In this document: positions 51,259 to 64,000 of the stretch, in pieces
Position numbering within the stretch: position 1 is the first letter of the stretch
Layout: the number at the start of each line of letters is the position of its first letter
NCBI RefSeq assembly: GCF_009914755.1
Contig: NC_060938.1
DNA: 64,000 bases
From: the human T2T-CHM13v2.0 reference genome, Homo sapiens
Strand: one strand, 5' to 3'
Notes under the pieces: generated by a model
Database searches by the model: none
What the model was told of the DNA's origin: nothing
The model's input: the letters and a program-made list of their open reading frames with translations, nothing else
Program-made: the position numbers and the translations under genes

Positions 51259-51428
51259 AGCAAAAACAGTAATCTGCCAACAAACTTCTTAGGCATATGG
51301 ATTCCTAAGGACGTGGCAGATATGCAATACTCCAATCTTAGATGGCATGTCTTCTATTTGCTATTTCACGCTTCTTGTCTTTTAAGGAAAGCAACTGGAG
51401 CACAGCTAGCCGTGCAAGTGATTTATTC

Positions 51429-51730
<302 letters not shown>

Positions 51731-51879
51731 GACTCCTTTTATTAATATAGTGTTTCTTCCTTCACCCATGTATTCTGACTCAATAAACTCAATAATATCC
51801 AATATTTTAATAATTTGAGAACAGACTTCACGTGTAACTAAACGATAGAAAGTAGGTATCAGTTTTCTAGCCACTTTTA

Positions 51880-52098
<219 letters not shown>

Positions 52099-52593
52099 TC
52101 AGCTTAAATATAAAAACCATTTTCTGCTGCAGTCAACTTATAGTAAGAACATTTTATTTTTATAATTCCATATTACTAAGTAACTAAATTCATAAGTGGT
52201 TTGATTTTTGTATATGTATATACATAAAAATGATTTCTTTGGTTATGCATATGTAAAAAATTCCTAGAAACAAATGTTAAAATATTTTTTAAAGTGTATC
52301 TGTTTAACTATATTTAGAAAAACTTTATGATGCTCAATTTATATAGTTGAATACAATATAGTTGAATACATGAAACAATAACATCCTTAAAAAGAGAGGA
52401 TTTAAAATACTTAACATTTATCAAACATATTAAACTCAGTCATATGCCATGCATTCTGCTAAAATACAAACATACTCATTAAGTTCTTTATGTTATATGA
52501 TTATGACTCTTTTTGAAGATATATTTCATATCAAACAATGAGAAAAATGACTTTAAAATCTTCATTAACATTTCTTTTTAAAAATGTATTTCA

Positions 52594-52722
52594 TTTTTTT
52601 TTTTTAGGAATGGGGTCTCACTGTGTTGCCCAGGCTGGTCTCAAACTCCTGGGCTCAAGCAGTCCTCCAGCCTTGGCCTCCCAAAGTACTGAGATTACAG
52701 GCATGAGCCACCATACCTGGCC
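52594..52722 (-). mobile_element. Alu monomer (FLAM-like)
   Basis: Antisense left arm only. Confidence 0.85.
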
Positions 52723-52837
52723 AACATTTCTATATTCTATTTATGTCAAATTTATATGACAAAGATCAAGACATCTTCACAACAATTTTTTTGCACAATA
52801 TTTAAATCACTTTACAAATTAAACAACTAATCACTTA

Positions 52838-53200
<363 letters not shown>

Positions 53201-53339
53201 AGTCTCAACTCTATAGTATTCATCTTCAGATGTAAAATAGTAAAAAATAATTTTGAGAATAATGGTTGTTTTTCCCAATTCTTTTTAACTCATCTGTTGA
53301 ATCACTTTTCCGTTTCTCTAATATAGCTATACTAAATCA

Positions 53340-53543
<204 letters not shown>

Positions 53544-54213
53544 CTATCTTTGGAAATACTTTTTTACACTCTGCAACTAGAGTTAATTTTCCTTTTCTTT
53601 ATGGAGAAATCTTAGCTGTTTCATAAATTATAATAAAACAGATGTGTTAAATAACAAATGATAACATTTTTCAAGTATATTATACTTAACAAAATAATTT
53701 TTTAGTGTAACAAATTAGTTCAGTGGGAAGCAAATGTCAAAAGCTATGTATGATGTAGTTTTGATACTTTGTATTTAACAAAACTCCCTCTAAATTTAGA
53801 AAAAAATGGAACTAAACCAACATAAGTAAATTTTGCCTTAACATTAGTAATTGCTACATTACAGTAGGTTTGTAGTAGATAATGAATACATGGAAATTAA
53901 TGGAGTAAAATGAGTGCAATTTCAAAAGCATTAAGAATATAACGAAAACAGTTATCCAACCCCTTTTATATCACAAATGAGGAAACAAAAGCTCAGAGAA
54001 GCATCCTGGCTCAAGTCACACAGAAAATTTAGTAACAGAATTGGCGCTAAGACAGATATTTGCACCAATCTAACAACAGGGCTTTTACCTCTTGCTACAC
54101 TGCCTCTTCTAGTAAAAAAGTTAAGTTCTGAGATAACATAACAGTTAATAAAAATTATACATTGATACATTTATACACTGCCAGACCCAAGTTAATACTC
54201 AAATACAATTTCA

Positions 54214-54396
<183 letters not shown>

Positions 54397-54432
54397 TTAG
54401 GCAATTTTCCCTTTTTTCTAATTTAAAGTATG

Positions 54433-54843
<411 letters not shown>

Positions 54844-55122
54844 TCAAATCAATATTAAAAAGGAGTCGAGATACAGATTAAGTTTTCTATAGAAGTCAAT
54901 GGTATGGAATTCTAAGCAGGAATGAAACTCACTTCTGAATACAACAAAAGCAAGTATGGATATTTACCTTAAAAGAAATTAAGTTGATGAAAAAGAATGA
55001 GAGATTTTAATTAACATAAAAAGCCAATGATATATGTGGAAGTTTTGCAGAGTAGGTTTTACCTTTGTAGCTTCTTTCCAAAAAAACAGAAATTTAAGAA
55101 ATAAGTCATCTTTATAAAAGTA

Positions 55123-55413
<291 letters not shown>

Positions 55414-55819
55414 TATGAAACTAAAATATTTTTAAAAATCTAATAGGCCATTATTAAAGGTAGGAAGATACATCTGTATATATACGTTTCAGAACCATAT
55501 ATGAAATGATATTTTTATTATTAATGATAAATTAATATCGTTCATTAATGTCATTAATGATGTTAACATTCGTAAAAATAAGGGTTAGTGCTGCATTGAT
55601 AAACACAAAAAAGGGCTTACCCTAACAGCAAGGGTTGCAGCAAACATATTCAAAAGCCCTAAGGATTTTGGTATCTTGTATGAAATCTGATGAGGAAAGG
55701 ACAGGGTATATACAGAATGAAAAGTTATAGCATAAGTTGAGAACAAGTAGTCATTTAATTATCAAGCATACATTGGAAATGAAGAAATCTAAGATGTGAT
55801 TTCTCAGATTTGAGAGTCA

Positions 55820-56095
55820 AGAGATGATGATGACCTGGAGCTGGGTGGCAGCAGTGGAGGTGATAAGAGGAAGGATTTGGATATATTTCAAAGATAGAGC
55901 TGGCAGAACTTTGACCAACTGGATGTGGGGTGAAAGGCGTCAAGGGCATGGTTTTGCTTGAGTGGTGATGCCATTTACTGAGATGGGATAAACTAGAGGA
56001 GGAACCACCAGTGCTTAGTTCTGTACAAATTAAGTTAAAGATGCCTATGAGAAGTTCAAGTGAAGACATGAAGGAGACAATTTAATATATGAATC
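55820..56095 (-). mobile_element. L2 fragment
   Basis: ggatttggatatattt...gatgtggggtga...gtgatgccatttactgagatggg. The element appears to continue at ~57140-57640. Confidence 0.75.
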
Positions 56096-56443
56096 CTTTT
56101 CAGGAGCTGCATATAATGTTTGTTATATGTATATCTTTATTTGTGTATATTAACTATTTGACTTTTCTCTCCTTTTTCTCCTTCATATTTTATACAAGTT
56201 TGTTGGAGGTTAACTTTACAATTTTGTGTTAAAAGAATATTCCTTGTGTTAAAAGAATATAAGACCGTGACTAAATTTGAGAATAGCGTAGGTCTTCTCT
56301 CTTTAGGGGTGAGAACTACTTCACTTGTACCAAGGGTAGCTGCATCTCTTTGGGTAGAAACATAAGGTTAGTTCTGTGATTGTACTGAAGTTCAAATGTG
56401 TGTATAAAGGTTCATGTGGATCCTGACTAGCCAGAGGGGAAGA

Positions 56444-57137
56444 CTGTGCTGGTTATTAATTTATTGCCTCTCAGTTCCAAATCTGCCACTTTGGGCCTCA
56501 CAGACTTTTTTGCTAGCTTGCCAGTAGAGGGAGCTGGAGAGACACTACAAGGCCAAAACAGAAGTGACTCCCTTCCTCCAGTGTGCTGTTTTACTAACAG
56601 AGCCCGGGCACTGGCATGAAGGGGGCCTGATGGCATTCACCAGAGTGGCAGCCCCAACTGCCTCTTTCAGCAAGTTTCTCCACCATCACTGTAATGGCTC
56701 TAACAATTTAGCTGCAATTTGCGGACTTCAGGAAGATTCTCTGGCAGGAGTCCTCACAGTTCAATGATTTTGCCCTAGGTTAAGCTCTTCAAGCAGTGGT
56801 TCTGACCATTCAGCTCTGGCCTGCTGCCTCTGGCAAGCTTCTCCTTCACCAAGTGACTACTCTCACTGTTCCACTGAGGGCTGCACCCTCTGGCAAGCTT
56901 TTTCGCCACAAGCTCACTGAATGTTCTGGTGGCAGCCACACCATTTCCAAACAGGTCTGAATCACCTTTAACTTGTTCACTCTCCCTTAGTACTAGGGTT
57001 GCTGCTTTCTATGGTGGCTACCTCTAAGGCTTTTTCAGTAGGTAATCACTTTTTGCTAGTTAGCAATTCTTTTTATTAAATTCCCACTGTTCAAATAAGC
57101 CTTGTAGTCTCATCTTCTGACTGGACAGTGACCGACT
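56444..57137 (+). mobile_element. ERVL LTR (LTR33-like)
   Basis: Starts tgtgctggttattaatttattgcctctcag.tccaaa and ends attaaatt...ctgttcaaataa...ctgactggac. Confidence 0.75.
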
Positions 57138-57764
57138 GAATCTAAAGTGTGAGTGTACATATGAAAAGAAAAGTCCGGGGAGAAGCGCTGGAGCAGTCCT
57201 AAATGCAGAGTGCAGGAAGAAGAGATAGCACTAGCAAAGGAAACAGAAAAAGGGAGTCAGTGAAGTAGAGAGAAGAAACAGACACGCACGGGTTCCAGAG
57301 ACAAGTGAATAAAGTATTTCAGAAAAAAAAAAGGGAATGATAAATTGTGTCACAAACTGCTGTGAGGTGAATACACTGAGAACCAGGAAGTGATCAACAG
57401 ATTGGCAGCAGGTTAAATGGACAAGTAGGGAAAAAAGCCTAATTGGAGTGGGTTATGGAGCTACTGTCATGTGAACACACAGAGAAGGGCGCCTCAACTA
57501 TTTTGAGGAGTTCTGCTACAAAAGAGGGAAGAGAAACAGAATAGTAGTGAGGTCAATTATCACAGTTCCCTGTTTTACTCAATGCTTATTCTGCTGGTTG
57601 GGTGCAGGCATAAAGCAGGTAGAAAGTTGAGTTTAAGGGAAGATTAATATAGTAAGTATCCTTTAAAATTCATAGCTGAGATCATTGAAAAATTAGAAAC
57701 ATTTTCTAGTTATCAAAATTAAAAGGGGAGCAGAAACCCAGAGCAAAAAAGCCACATTTGGAAG

Positions 57765-64000
<6,236 letters not shown>

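Noticed and set aside
51227-51428. Long poly-T followed by unique sequence, resembling a second retrocopy
   Set aside because: I could not find a matching target-site duplication or a poly(A) signal.
56224-56260. 17-bp tandem duplication ttgtgttaaaagaatat (a similar one lies at ~35500-35550)
   Set aside because: These are common slippage duplications with no functional context.

Overview
This is primate (human-type) genomic DNA: AT-rich and dense in Alu and L1 repeats, with no prokaryotic features. It covers the tail-to-tail junction of two genes. On the + strand lies the last exon of ZC3H14 (7 coding nt at 635-641, then 3'UTR). On the - strand lie the last 23 coding exons of EML5 (54377 down to the stop at 4710-4712), which I spliced by hand with GT-AG boundaries and continuous reading phase. 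They include three microexons (15, 9 and 21 nt) that the ORF track misses. The rest is intron filled with Alu, L1, L2/MIR, MaLR/ERVL LTRs and DNA transposons. I found no convincing new gene system. The best leads are RNA-level: (1) a combinatorial microexon and alternative-acceptor cassette in the EML5 linker before a HELP motif; (2) a CpG-rich candidate poison exon; (3) a short intron with a hairpin-buried donor and a purine-rich acceptor; (4) overlapping antisense 3'UTRs with an internal A-tract in the mRNA of a poly(A)-binding protein; (5) an unidentified 65-nt L1-mobilised retrocopy. Gene identities and repeat subfamilies come from recognition, not database searches, and repeat boundaries are approximate.
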